The translations under genes and the position numbers were made by a program. A DNA stretch of 64,000 bases from Alphaproteobacteria bacterium (GTDB taxonomy: Bacteria; Pseudomonadota; Alphaproteobacteria; Rickettsiales; SXRF01), in the NCBI GenBank assembly GCA_025362975.1, contig JANYES010000018.1, positions 147,309 through 211,308 of the forward strand, given 5' to 3'. The notes beneath the pieces were generated by a model. It was not told where the DNA came from, searched no databases, and was given only the letters and a program-made list of their open reading frames with translations. Positions 24,179 to 34,166 of this stretch are shown piece after piece. Numbering within the stretch: the stretch's first letter is position 1; every line of letters begins with the position of its first letter.

Positions 24179-25834
24179 TTATACAGCCGAGAGACGTCTA
24201 ATGCGTTGTGCAATATCCTCGACTGAACCAGCCATTTTTTGGGTATTGCCAGAAATCTCTTTGGTCACTGCACTTTGCTCTTCAACCGCACTTGCAACGC
24301 CGGTGATATATTGGTTCAGCTTATCTGCTGAATTCGCAATCGTCTGGATGCTCTCTGCAACTTTGCTGGAAACATTTTGGACCTCTTGAATTTGTTTCGC
24401 AATGTCTTCCGTTGCTTTAGTAGTTTGTGTGGCGAGATTCTTAACTTCAGAAGCAACTACAGCAAAACCTTTGCCTGCATCGCCTGCGCGTGCAGCCTCG
24501 ATGGTAGCATTGAGCGCCAACAAATTCACTTGACTAGCTATGTTATTGATTAACTGAACCACGTTCTCCATGGTTTTCATGCTTGCACTAAGCTGCGTCG
24601 CAGCTGCGCTGGACTGCGTTGAGTCGTCCAGGATGCCCATTGCAGCATCCTGAGAGAGCCGCATGTTTTTACTGATCTCACCAATTGACGCTGTCATCTC
24701 CTCAACAGCGGCAGCAACGTTTTGTGTGTTAGCAACGGTTTCTTCGGCGATTTTCCCTGTTTGAATTATCTGTGTTACCTCGGTAGCGTATTTAACCACC
24801 TTGAACGGGCGGCCATTCGCATCGAAAATAGGGTTATAAGAAGCCTGAATCCATATCTCGCGCCCACCTTTGGCAATGCGTTTATAGACGCGTGCATCAA
24901 ATTCACCACGCCCAAGCTTTTGCCAGAACGCTGCATAATCAGGAGACTTGGCTTCAGCAGGATCAACAAACATGCGGTGATGTTGACCTTTAATTTCTTC
25001 CAGGGAATACCCCACCGCGCTCAGGAAATTCTGGTTAGCGGTGATGATGGTTCCGTCAGTGTTAAACTCAATCACTGCTTGTGATTTACCAATGGCATCA
25101 AGCTGGCCTTTGGTATCTGCTGATGCCAGTTTTTGTTTAGTTATATCGGTTGCGTATTTGACTACTTTGAAAGGGCGCCCATTCATATCTGCAATAGGAT
25201 TGTAAGAAGCCTGAATCCATATCTCCTTGCCGCCCTTGCCGAAGCGTTGAAACTCATCGACGAAAAATTCGCCATTATTCAGGCGTGACCAGAAGCTTTT
25301 GTAATCCGAACTTCTGGCATACTCAGGATCAGCAAACATACTGTGATGTTGGCCTTTGATCTCATTAAGCGTATAGCCCAATGTGCTCAGAAAATTCTCA
25401 TTTGCGGTGATGATGGTGCCATCCATATTGAATTGAATCACCGCCTGTGCACGACCAATGGCAGCAAGCTGCCCGTCATAGTCAGCAAATTGCAGCTTCT
25501 GCTTGGTAATATCGGTGGCATACTTCACCACGCTGGTGACTTTTCCAGAGGTATCAATAAGAGGGTTATAGGAGGCCTCGATCCATATTTCTTTGCCACC
25601 TTTACCAAGGCGTTTAAATTGAGCAGCCTGAAACTCACCTTCTACCAATTTGCGCCAAAAATCTTTATACTCCGCGCTTTGCGCATAGGTGGGATCACAG
25701 AACATACGGTGATGCTGCCCCTTAATCTCCCCGAGCGAATAGCCCAGGGCATTCAAGAAGTTTTCATTAGCATGTAAAATAGTGCCATCGGGGGTGAAGT
25801 GAATTACTGCGCTGAGAGCGCCCCAAGGCTTCAA
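24179..25834 (-). CDS. Soluble methyl-accepting chemotaxis protein with three tandem PAS/PAC modules (5' end frameshifted, see findings)
   Basis: Three ~120-aa repeats (AVI-x-F-x-x-DGTI-x-x-AN-x-NFL ... GQHH-x-MF) followed by the MCP signalling hairpin [30 protein letters not shown]. No TM segment is present. Confidence 0.85.
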   Translation of the reverse strand: MKPWGALSAVIHFTPDGTILHANENFLNALGYSLGEIKGQHHRMFCDPTYAQSAEYKDFWRKLVEGEFQAAQFKRLGKGGKEIWIEASYNPLIDTSGKVTSVVKYATDITKQKLQFADYDGQLAAIGRAQAVIQFNMDGTIITANENFLSTLGYTLNEIKGQHHSMFADPEYARSSDYKSFWSRLNNGEFFVDEFQRFGKGGKEIWIQASYNPIADMNGRPFKVVKYATDITKQKLASADTKGQLDAIGKSQAVIEFNTDGTIITANQNFLSAVGYSLEEIKGQHHRMFVDPAEAKSPDYAAFWQKLGRGEFDARVYKRIAKGGREIWIQASYNPIFDANGRPFKVVKYATEVTQIIQTGKIAEETVANTQNVAAAVEEMTASIGEISKNMRLSQDAAMGILDDSTQSSAAATQLSASMKTMENVVQLINNIASQVNLLALNATIEAARAGDAGKGFAVVASEVKNLATQTTKATEDIAKQIQEVQNVSSKVAESIQTIANSADKLNQYITGVASAVEEQSAVTKEISGNTQKMAGSVEDIAQRIRRLSAV

Positions 25835-26173
25835 GTTCGGCTCTAGCCGGGCTCGATTTGCTGAAAAACATAATTTCCTACTACGCTACATGCTTTGGTT
25901 ATTGTACATGCAAAACTGCACGGAATGATTTTATGACATTACAATAATTCAGTTAAAAAGTTATTAAAATTCCTCCGATATTGACTTGAAGCAAATGAGT
26001 AAGATTACGCAATTTACCAGCATACGCCGCGAGATACGGGCCTGTAATGTGATGGTGTGTCCCGATCTCTTGCACGGGAGGGGGAATACTCAGCCGAGCG
26101 CGCTTCCAGCACCTGCTCGAATTATCCCGACAAGCCGATGAATAGCCCGGGGGTTGCTTTATCTTATCGGCAA

Positions 26174-28342
26174 CTACTTTGTGTTATCTGGTACAGGCTC
26201 TTTATTTAAATGGCTAATATGAAATTTCAATATGGTTTGCAACTGCGCCGGATCGAAGGGCTTGGCGATATAATCATCCATGCCAGAAGCGATGCAGCGT
26301 TCACGGTCGCCGACGAGCGCGTGCGCCGTCATTCCGATAATGGCAAGTCTTGGCTTACCCTGTTGTTTTTCCCATGCACGGACTAAACTCGTAGCCTCCA
26401 GACCGTTCATTTCAGGCATCTGTATATCCATGATGGCGACGGCGTAATGAGCAGATTTGATTTTTTCAATAGCTTCGATACCATTATACGCTACGTCGCT
26501 CACATAACCGAAATGCTCAAGATAGGTAGTCGCTACCATTATATTCGCCGGATAATCTTCTACCAGCAGGATCCTGTGCTTGCTGGCATTCGATAAATTT
26601 TTTTCAGAAATGTCAGGCATTGAGCTATTGGAGTTTTGAACATCGGTCTTACCCGTTGTTTCTAACGGCAGACAAACTTTAAAAGTAGAACCGGTCCCAA
26701 CCTCGCTTTCCACTTCGATCGTGCCGCCCATAATTTCAGTCAGCGTTTTTGTAATGGCCAGCCCTAAACCAGTGCCACCATACTTACGGGTAATGGACGA
26801 ATCAGCCTGAATAAATTTATAAAAAATACTGTCCAAATTTTCCTGCGCAATGCCTATTCCTGTGTCCGTAACTGCAATGCAAACCGTTTCCCTATTTTCC
26901 TGTTCCATCGGATGACAGATAATGCTGACATGCACGCCGCCTTTTTCGGTGAATTTAATCGCATTGCTGCATAGGTTAACTATAATCTGGCGTACCCGCG
27001 TCGGATCGCCGATAAACATGCGATGCTGTGTGCAATCGCGGTCACCGGTAAAAGTAAGGCCCTTCTCGCGCACGCGTACGGACATCATGCTGGCCACTTC
27101 CTCGATCAGTTGTGTCAAACTGAACGGCACGCACTCCAAATCTACCGTACGCGCTTCGATTTTAGCGATGTCCAACAAATCATTGATAAGCGCCAGCAAC
27201 GAATCAGCACTGGTCTGCAATGTTTTAACAAATTGCTGTTCTTTAGACGTGAGCGTCTTACTCATGCCCAAAAGATTTGACAGCCCGATAATGGCATTCA
27301 TCGGCGTCCTGATCTCATGGCTCATATTAGCCAGAAACTCGCTCTTGGCGATATTAGCGGCTTCAGCGGCTTCTTTGGCCACATGTAGCGCTTCCTCTAT
27401 AAGTTTGCGTTCCAAAATATAGGCATTAGCCTTTTCCAATGCTTCCCGTTGTTCTGTAATGTCGGTATTAGTACCAAACCATCTGATAACCTTACCATCT
27501 TTATTTTTAATGGGTAATGCGAGGGTTAAATGCCAACGCATTTCTCCATCGTATCGCCGCAGCGGGAACGTGGACTCAAAAGGCTGGCTAGTGACCAGGG
27601 CGGATTTCCATGAGACCAGCAGCCGTTCAAGCTCAATTGGACCATGCACCTTTTTCCACCCCCAGCCTTGCATTTCCTCAAATGTGGTGCCGGTATAATC
27701 GTACCAGCGGCGATTGTACCAGAACAGCCAGCCCGTCTCGTCAGACATCCATGCCAGTTGAGGTATAGAATCCGCCAGTTGCCGGAATTGCTCTTCGCTT
27801 GCCCGTAATTCCTCTGCCTGCTTAGCCGATTGTTCAAATGAATGACTTAACTCCCTGCGCGCACGATCTAATGATTCCGTCAGTGTTTTAGCATCTGCGG
27901 CTGTTTCCTGGGCAATGCTTGTTTTGGCTTGAGCATTCTTCACCATCTGCTCGCCTTTGAAAGCGGCGGCGAGTAAGGGCAAAAGCAACCTGACTTCTTC
28001 AACTTCATCTTTATCGGGAGCACCGCCAATCATTGCAAGGAGAATATTACCCAGCGGCCCAAGCACACTAATAACTTGCACAGGCTCCGCCAAACCTACA
28101 TAGGAAAGTGCTGCTGTAGATTGCCCATTTTTTTTGCATTCGTCTAAAAACGTCTTCCATTTCCGACCCTCAGGCAAAGTCTGAGGAAAACCCGGCGCAG
28201 GTAAATATGTTTGAATATCTGCGTCAAAAATAAAAATGGTAAGATCGTCAGCACCAAGATATTTTGCTAGCTCCCGCGCCGTTTGCATACGCTGGGTATC
28301 CTCAATAAGTCTGACAATTAGAGAGAGCTTTTCGGGCTGCAA
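26174..28342 (-). CDS. Hybrid sensor histidine kinase / response regulator (N-terminal sensor, PAS, HisKA, HATPase_c, REC)
   Basis: H-box FLANMSHEIRTPMNAI, G-boxes DTGIGI and GGTGLGLAI, REC with RILLVEDY ... IMDIQMPEMNG ... KP. TTG start 12 nt after the FIST stop. Confidence 0.9.
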   Translation of the reverse strand: MQPEKLSLIVRLIEDTQRMQTARELAKYLGADDLTIFIFDADIQTYLPAPGFPQTLPEGRKWKTFLDECKKNGQSTAALSYVGLAEPVQVISVLGPLGNILLAMIGGAPDKDEVEEVRLLLPLLAAAFKGEQMVKNAQAKTSIAQETAADAKTLTESLDRARRELSHSFEQSAKQAEELRASEEQFRQLADSIPQLAWMSDETGWLFWYNRRWYDYTGTTFEEMQGWGWKKVHGPIELERLLVSWKSALVTSQPFESTFPLRRYDGEMRWHLTLALPIKNKDGKVIRWFGTNTDITEQREALEKANAYILERKLIEEALHVAKEAAEAANIAKSEFLANMSHEIRTPMNAIIGLSNLLGMSKTLTSKEQQFVKTLQTSADSLLALINDLLDIAKIEARTVDLECVPFSLTQLIEEVASMMSVRVREKGLTFTGDRDCTQHRMFIGDPTRVRQIIVNLCSNAIKFTEKGGVHVSIICHPMEQENRETVCIAVTDTGIGIAQENLDSIFYKFIQADSSITRKYGGTGLGLAITKTLTEIMGGTIEVESEVGTGSTFKVCLPLETTGKTDVQNSNSSMPDISEKNLSNASKHRILLVEDYPANIMVATTYLEHFGYVSDVAYNGIEAIEKIKSAHYAVAIMDIQMPEMNGLEATSLVRAWEKQQGKPRLAIIGMTAHALVGDRERCIASGMDDYIAKPFDPAQLQTILKFHISHLNKEPVPDNTK

Positions 28343-28353
28343 AAAGTTCCCCT

Positions 28354-29520
28354 TTAATCCGGTATTATGCTAACAACCGCCGTGCAGTTATGAAATCCAC
28401 CAAACTGTCCTTCAGCGCGTGCGATTTGCTCATAAGTATTACAACCGACAAATTGCGCGGGAAGCAAGGTATCCTGTAAAGCGGTCAGCTCCAGGCCAAA
28501 GTCCTGCCCGGTACGCAACCTGGTAGCCACGCAATCAAAGAACAGGGCTGCTTTAGGCTTATGGGAATTTGACTGTGCAAGGGCGGATTTTGTTGCTATT
28601 TCTGCTGCTTTGGCGGCTGACAATTCGGTTGCCTTCATAATACATATCATGCTGCCCACAGAGATATCCGCAGCGCAGTTAATCGACCCGTCCTCATTCA
28701 AACTCAGAGGAACGCGCAACCGGTAATTGTTTCCGGTCTGGATTCCGAGCACATTGGATAAAAAGAAAGGAAGCGGATCTTCTTTATTAAACGTTTGCCC
28801 GGTCGATTCAGCATATTCCTGAAAAGCATCAACGGCAGCTGCGGCGTTTAAGCTTATCAGCTTCGAGCCATCACTTTCTGTTACACGCATTAGCTGGCTT
28901 GCGGGTTCCCAGCCGTGATGCACACCAATGCCTATAGGTTTATTAGATAAAATCTCAAGCGCAATCGCGGCATCCGGATACGCTTCCGTACCGTGAAAAA
29001 CGTGCGTTCGCTGAAATTTAGCATCATCACCCGCACCGCCGCCAAAAAGCTGATATGCCCCGGCTGTTAATACAGTTATTTGTTCAATGAGGTTATCGGC
29101 ATAGCCCGCAAGCGCATCAGTCATGACCATAGCAGAGCGGTAAGCATAACCAGTTGTGTGCGGTCCTTTAAAAGCTGCCACCAGTTCTTTGGCAACACCA
29201 ACCATATCAGCCCGTAATCCTTTGCCGATGGTAGATGAGAAAAGCATATCGTCTGAGCATAGCGCCATCGCGCATGCCGTGCTTATTTGGGGCGTTGAAC
29301 TGGAAAACTCTCCTGCTGATGAACAGCCAACCAAAATCTTCGGATGACAAGTATCGTTAATCGCCTTTAACAATATCTTATAATCGTATCGAGGTGATGT
29401 AAAAAGTATTAAAGCATCAGGAATTTTCTGGTTAAGTTTTTCTTTAAGTTCCTGGCTTAAAAATACTCCGGCTTCATAGCTATCAGTTACATTGGTTTGG
29501 GATACGGCTACGTCGGTCAT
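28354..29520 (-). CDS. FIST-domain signal transduction protein
   Basis: FIST_N-like LILFTSPRYDYKILLKAINDTCHPKILVGCSSAGEF and a FIST_C-like end ...GCNTYEQIA...GGFHNCT. Confidence 0.8.
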   Translation of the reverse strand: MTDVAVSQTNVTDSYEAGVFLSQELKEKLNQKIPDALILFTSPRYDYKILLKAINDTCHPKILVGCSSAGEFSSSTPQISTACAMALCSDDMLFSSTIGKGLRADMVGVAKELVAAFKGPHTTGYAYRSAMVMTDALAGYADNLIEQITVLTAGAYQLFGGGAGDDAKFQRTHVFHGTEAYPDAAIALEILSNKPIGIGVHHGWEPASQLMRVTESDGSKLISLNAAAAVDAFQEYAESTGQTFNKEDPLPFFLSNVLGIQTGNNYRLRVPLSLNEDGSINCAADISVGSMICIMKATELSAAKAAEIATKSALAQSNSHKPKAALFFDCVATRLRTGQDFGLELTALQDTLLPAQFVGCNTYEQIARAEGQFGGFHNCTAVVSIIPD

Positions 29521-29808
29521 AAAGCTCTTTCAGTCAATCATTTAAAATTAGAAAATAAGCATTGGATAGAGAGCCAAATAAAGATTCAATTGGTGATTAA
29601 AAAAACTTATAATACCGTATTATAATAGAGGTGCGTATCAGCAACACCAGCGACAGGTTTGAGGCTGTACCAGAAAACTAGATTAGATACTGATCAGTGT
29701 TTAATTGATGTAATTGTATGTATGAGTTTGAGTTTATTAAATGCCATTCACATGCCTTCAAAATAGCCTAAATGTTGCATGTGTATACCGTTTTCTCATA
29801 TGCCGTTG

Positions 29809-29987
29809 GCCTTAAAAACTTATTCAAACATTCCTTTGTCCTATTGGGGCATTTGATATAACTTAACTTCTTGTACGGACTATGTAATTGTTATGAACGT
29901 TGACTCATTCCAAGATAATTCAGCACTTTCTTAATGGTTTCAGGGGTAATAGCTATATTTTTTCCATCCAGACACTTAATCAATTAG
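29809..29987 (-). pseudogene. Third copy of the hsdM-start / integrase-A-3'-end junction (about 180 bp only)
   Basis: It aligns base-for-base with 9795-9975 and 20530-20720. It retains the hsdM ATG plus ~7 codons (with TAA replacing Gln4) and the last ~30 integrase codons. Confidence 0.75.
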
Positions 29988-30190
29988 CGGCGCTTATGCT
30001 AAGGCAAGTTATCCACAGTAAAAATACCGGAAAAACGCATATTATCTCCTGAATTGGGGATCATTATCAAAGCAATATACTTTGTCCATGCTGACTTTCC
30101 TTCACATTGAACACTTATAAGCTGCGATGCTTTCAGCATCTTTTCTTTATCTGCGAATCTTTACTTTCAACGTTTTCAAGGGAGGTGTTA

Positions 30191-30487
30191 ATGCGTGCGG
30201 CTGTTTTTATTGCGAGCATCGCACTTAGCCTGATTGGTGATTCGTGTTGGGCGGCGGCGATTGTCAATCTTTCTAGTGAACCGCAAACGATACAGTTTTC
30301 ACAGTGGCAAGGCGGGGCATCTGTGACGATTTCCCCCAAGCAGGCGTGGCGTGTGCCGGGGAGGGTGGCCGTATGGTATGGCGGGCGCGAAGTGCACATC
30401 GATGAGGAAGAGGAATTCGCTATCTGGAAAACGGGCGAACTCGGTCCGCAGCGTCGCATGATGCGACGTTCGCATTCTGGTTTTTAA
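30191..30487 (+). CDS. Small secreted protein (98 aa), first gene of the PKS operon
   Basis: GGAGG 6 nt upstream of the ATG and signal peptide MRAAVFIASIALSLIGDSCWAA. Its stop lies 1 nt before the PKS ATG. Confidence 0.6.
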   Translation: MRAAVFIASIALSLIGDSCWAAAIVNLSSEPQTIQFSQWQGGASVTISPKQAWRVPGRVAVWYGGREVHIDEEEEFAIWKTGELGPQRRMMRRSHSGF

Positions 30488-30488
30488 C

Positions 30489-31556
30489 ATGGGCCCGGCA
30501 CGCGACGCTTATATCAACCGCATCGCAACTTCGGTGCCGGATCACGATATACATGATAAATTCGTCAACTATGCGCCTTCGATGATTGCTGACGAGCGCA
30601 AGCGCGGGATTTTTAAGCGGATGGTGGAGCGGGCGCAGATCGAGCACCGCTATTCGTTCCTGCCGCCGCATAAGGATTCAGATAAGCTCGACGAACATCG
30701 ATTTTACCGAAGCGGAAATTTCCCCGATACGGCGCAGCGAATGCGTTTTTATGAAGACCACGCATTGCGCCTTGCTACTAGCGCGCTGGATGGGCTGGGG
30801 CTGGATGAGATGCGCGGCGAAATTACGCATTTGATCGTGACTAGCTGCACGGGCTTTTACGCGCCGGGGTTGGATTTGCAGATTGTAACCCAGTATGGGC
30901 TTAAGGCTTCGGTGGAGCGCACCGTGGTGGGATTTATGGGCTGCTACGCGGCGATGAATGCGCTGAAGCTGGCACGCCATATCGTGCGTTCGGAAGCGGA
31001 TGCTAAAGTGCTGGTGGTGAATCTTGAGTTATGCACGCTGCACCTTAAAGAAAGCGGGGATATCGAGCAGCTGCTGTCATTCCTGCTTTTTGGAGACGGC
31101 TGCGCGGCCAGTATCGTGTCGGCGCGAAGGGAAGGCATCGAGATGCGAGATTTTGCCTGCACGTTGCTGCCTGATAGTGGTGGGCAGATTACGTGGCATA
31201 TCGGCCAGCTCGGGTTTGATATGCTACTTTCAGGGCAGGTGCCGCTGACCATTGCAGCGCAGTTGCAGACGCGCAGGCGCGATGTGCTGGCGAATGTCGA
31301 AGAGATACGCCACTGGGCGGTGCACCCGGGCGGGCGCAGCGTGCTGGACGCGGTGGAGACGGGGCTTGAGCTTTCGCCCGGACGGCTGGCCGTTTCGCGT
31401 GATGTGCTGCGGCGGTTCGGCAATACATCCTCGGCATCGATCATGATGGTGCTAAAAGAAATGCTGCGCGGCGGCGAGGAAGGGCTGGGCTGCGCCATGG
31501 CGTTCGGGCCGGGGCTGACGATGGAAAGCATGCGCTTTGCAATGGACCGGCCATGA
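30489..31556 (+). CDS. Type III polyketide synthase (chalcone/stilbene synthase family)
   Basis: Catalytic Cys in IVTSCTGFYAPG, His in WAVHPGG and Asn in FGNTSSAS. Confidence 0.9.
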   Translation: MGPARDAYINRIATSVPDHDIHDKFVNYAPSMIADERKRGIFKRMVERAQIEHRYSFLPPHKDSDKLDEHRFYRSGNFPDTAQRMRFYEDHALRLATSALDGLGLDEMRGEITHLIVTSCTGFYAPGLDLQIVTQYGLKASVERTVVGFMGCYAAMNALKLARHIVRSEADAKVLVVNLELCTLHLKESGDIEQLLSFLLFGDGCAASIVSARREGIEMRDFACTLLPDSGGQITWHIGQLGFDMLLSGQVPLTIAAQLQTRRRDVLANVEEIRHWAVHPGGRSVLDAVETGLELSPGRLAVSRDVLRRFGNTSSASIMMVLKEMLRGGEEGLGCAMAFGPGLTMESMRFAMDRP

Positions 31557-32254
31557 ATTTTAAACAGCGCAGCCAGCAAGCGGAGCTGATGGACAGCGAA
31601 CAAGTTTCGTTCGAGGAATTCAATGGATGCCTGCATGATTTGCGTATTATAAACCAGTGGACGCTAGCTTACCGCCCGACGATCATGTGGCTGGAAAGCA
31701 TGATGTGGGGGCAGCGCGGGCCGGTGACTATTATGGATATCGGTTGCGGCGGCGGCGATATGTTGCGCCGGATTGCGGTGTGGGCGAAAAAACGCGGCAT
31801 CGAAGTTAAGCTGGTGGGTGTCGATCTCAATCCGTGGTCAAAATTATCGGCCGAATCCACTACGCCACCCGATATGCCGATACGTTATGAAACTGCCGAT
31901 ATTTTTGCGTTCGATCCCAGCAAAAAAGCTGATTTTATTATCAGCTCGTTGTTTACGCATCACTTAAGCGATACGCAAATACCGGATTTCGTCCGGTGGA
32001 TGGAGCTTCATGCAACGCAGGGCTGGTTTATCAACGATTTGCACCGGCACCGCCTGCCGTGTTTCCTGATCCGGCATGCGGTTCGGATATTGCGTTTCAA
32101 CCGGCTGGTGCGGCACGACGCGCCGGTATCGGTCATGCGGGCATTTACCGCGTCTGACTGGCGGCATTTGCTGGCGCAGGCGGGTGTTCCGATGCGGCGC
32201 GTATCACTGCGCTGGTATATGCCGTTTCGGTATGGCGTGGGGTGCGGGCTATGA
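31553..32254 (+). CDS. SAM-dependent methyltransferase
   Basis: IMDIGCGGGDML motif I, with 4-nt and 13-nt overlaps with its neighbours. Confidence 0.85.
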   Translation: MNFKQRSQQAELMDSEQVSFEEFNGCLHDLRIINQWTLAYRPTIMWLESMMWGQRGPVTIMDIGCGGGDMLRRIAVWAKKRGIEVKLVGVDLNPWSKLSAESTTPPDMPIRYETADIFAFDPSKKADFIISSLFTHHLSDTQIPDFVRWMELHATQGWFINDLHRHRLPCFLIRHAVRILRFNRLVRHDAPVSVMRAFTASDWRHLLAQAGVPMRRVSLRWYMPFRYGVGCGL

Positions 32255-33360
32255 GGTGGGACGCCATTGTTGTCGGTGGCGGCCCCGCGGGAAGTGCTGC
32301 TGCCATCCGGCTGGCGCAAGCGGGACGCAACGTGCTGCTGCTGGAAAAAACTGTCACCGCCCATCACAAGGTTTGCGGCGAATTCGTGAGCATTGAGGCG
32401 CGGCATTTGCTGGAGCAATTGAATTTCGATTGCACGAGCGCGGGCGCTGTAGCCATTGGCCATATCCGGCTGGCAAAGGGGAAAGCGGTGGTGCGCGCCG
32501 CACTGCCTTTCCAAGGTTTAAGCCTTTCGCGCGAAAAGCTGGACGAAGCGCTGCTGGCGCTGGCTGTTAACGCAGGTGTCACCGTTAAGCGTGGCCGCGC
32601 GGTAAAGGGCATGCGTTATCAGGATGGGGGCTGGAGAGTTTCTACACCAGATAATGATTATGTTGCACATAACGTGTTCCTTGCATCAGGTAAGCATGAT
32701 GTGGGCGGTTTTAATCGCTCCGGTGGCCTGCAAAATGATTTCATTGGGTTCAAATCGCACTTTATCTTGTCGCAGGAACAGGCCGCGGGGCTGGCGGGGC
32801 ATAGTGAGCTGGTGTTGTTTAATGGCGGCTATGCCGGGCTTGAAATGAATGAGAGCGGCAAAGCTAATCTGTGCATGGTTATTTCTAAAACGCACTTCCT
32901 GTCTCTGGACAAAAGCTGGCAAGGGCTTCTGACCCACCTTACGCAATCGACACCGTGGCTCGCCGCCCGGTTACTGGGGGCGCAAGCGGTTTTCGGGCAG
33001 CCGCTGTCTATCTACCGTATTCCCTATGGTTTCGTTTATCGCGATTCGGCGGATGCGCCTCCAGGCCTGTACCGCATAGGCGACCAGATGGCGGTGATTC
33101 CCTCATTCTGCGGGGATGGAATTGCCATTGCGCTGCGCACAGCGTTTCTTGCTACCCAGCACTATTTGCAGGAAGGCTCGCAAGCCTACCATCGCCATGC
33201 GCATGCGCTTTTGTTTCCGCAAATTCGGTTTGCATCGCGGTTGTCGCGGATACTTGCCGTGCCTGCGCTTCAATCGGGATTGCTTGGACTGTGCCGGATT
33301 ATCCCGGGGCTGATACCTGCTATGGCACGCAGGACTCGCCTTGCGGATTTCTGCAATTAG
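32242..33360 (+). CDS. FAD-dependent oxidoreductase (geranylgeranyl-reductase / aromatic hydroxylase-like)
   Basis: DAIVVGGGPAGSAAAIRLAQAGRNVLLLEK dinucleotide-binding motif and a GD motif (YRIGDQMAVIP). Confidence 0.85.
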   Translation: MRAMRWDAIVVGGGPAGSAAAIRLAQAGRNVLLLEKTVTAHHKVCGEFVSIEARHLLEQLNFDCTSAGAVAIGHIRLAKGKAVVRAALPFQGLSLSREKLDEALLALAVNAGVTVKRGRAVKGMRYQDGGWRVSTPDNDYVAHNVFLASGKHDVGGFNRSGGLQNDFIGFKSHFILSQEQAAGLAGHSELVLFNGGYAGLEMNESGKANLCMVISKTHFLSLDKSWQGLLTHLTQSTPWLAARLLGAQAVFGQPLSIYRIPYGFVYRDSADAPPGLYRIGDQMAVIPSFCGDGIAIALRTAFLATQHYLQEGSQAYHRHAHALLFPQIRFASRLSRILAVPALQSGLLGLCRIIPGLIPAMARRTRLADFCN

Positions 33361-33637
33361 TAGGTGCTTGGGGGATCGCTGGCAGGAAACAGGTGGTCAA
33401 AAATGGGGGACAGCTTATAAATGTGACGCGTGAGGGCGAGGTGAATAGTTTTATCGCGCAAAGCCTCACTAAGGTTTCTCTATCGGATTCGACGTTTGAT
33501 TCCTTGCTGCGTAAATCCTGATAGATATCGCGCATTTATATAAAAGCGCTCGATCCAGCCAACGTTTTTATATCGTTTTTGCTACTGTTTACTCACCTCT
33601 GAACGAGGTTATTTCTAACTTAAACAGGAGAATTATT

Positions 33638-33787
33638 ATGAATAACGATCAGAACAAAGGCAGTAGCAGCCAGCGTGGTGTCCCCAGTGAGCAGCCTGCC
33701 GAAGCAGGGCGCCAGAGCCATAAGAACGACGATAAGAAAAGCGGTTCGACCGGTGCTAAGTCCAGCTCGCCCAGCAATAAAAAATAA
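33638..33787 (+). CDS. Small hydrophilic protein (49 aa), not in the ORF track
   Basis: AGGAG 7 nt upstream. Sequence MNNDQNKGSSSQRGVPSEQPAEAGRQSHKNDDKKSGSTGAKSSSPSNKK. A terminator follows. Confidence 0.5.
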   Translation: MNNDQNKGSSSQRGVPSEQPAEAGRQSHKNDDKKSGSTGAKSSSPSNKK

Positions 33788-33804
33788 TTTCTTTAGTATC
33801 GTAT

Positions 33805-33839
33805 AAAAAAGGGAGGGAAATAATTTCCCTTCCTTTTTT
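33805..33839. terminator. Bidirectional rho-independent terminator
   Basis: AAAAAAGGGAGGGAAATAATTTCCCTTCCTTTTTT has a GC-rich stem flanked by A and T runs. Confidence 0.55.
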
Positions 33840-33861
33840 AGTTGTTTAGCGGACTTGCTTT

Positions 33862-34112
33862 CTATTCGGCAGCGTTAAATACTGTTTTATATTTTTCCAA
33901 CATAGCGCGTAAAACACAAGCCTCAATGGGCTTGGAAATATAATCATTCATGCCAGCCGAAAGATATTTTTCACGGTAGCCCAGCAGCGCATGCGCCGTC
34001 ATGGCCACGATGGCGCGGGAAAATTATCAGGCAACTGCACCAGTAAGTTGGAAAGGGCGTCGATTCCTCCTGATGAAGCACCGATAACGACGATTGGTTG
34101 TTCCATATTCAT
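33862..34112 (-). pseudogene. Deletion scar joining a CheB-type methylesterase N-terminal fragment to a receiver-domain C-terminal fragment
   Basis: MNMEQPIVVIGASSGGIDALSNLLVQLPDNFPAP (CheB catalytic-domain start), then out of frame AIVAMTAHALLGYREKYLSAGMNDYISKPIE (REC alpha4-beta5 region). Confidence 0.55.
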
Positions 34113-34166
34113 GAGAATCCTAAATATTTATTAGCGACCTCTGAATAACAAATTGTTATATGGTTT

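Noticed and set aside
24722-25777. Plus-strand ORFs of 120 and 144 aa inside the chemoreceptor gene
   Set aside because: They are antisense to the triple-PAS MCP, and their repetitive nature simply mirrors the PAS repeats.
30944-31636. 230-aa minus-strand ORF and other long ORFs on both strands across 30.5-33.5 kb
   Set aside because: They lie antisense to or out of frame with the motif-supported PKS, methyltransferase and FAD genes. High G+C keeps spurious frames open, and the translations are Ala/Arg/Ser/Pro-rich and low in complexity.
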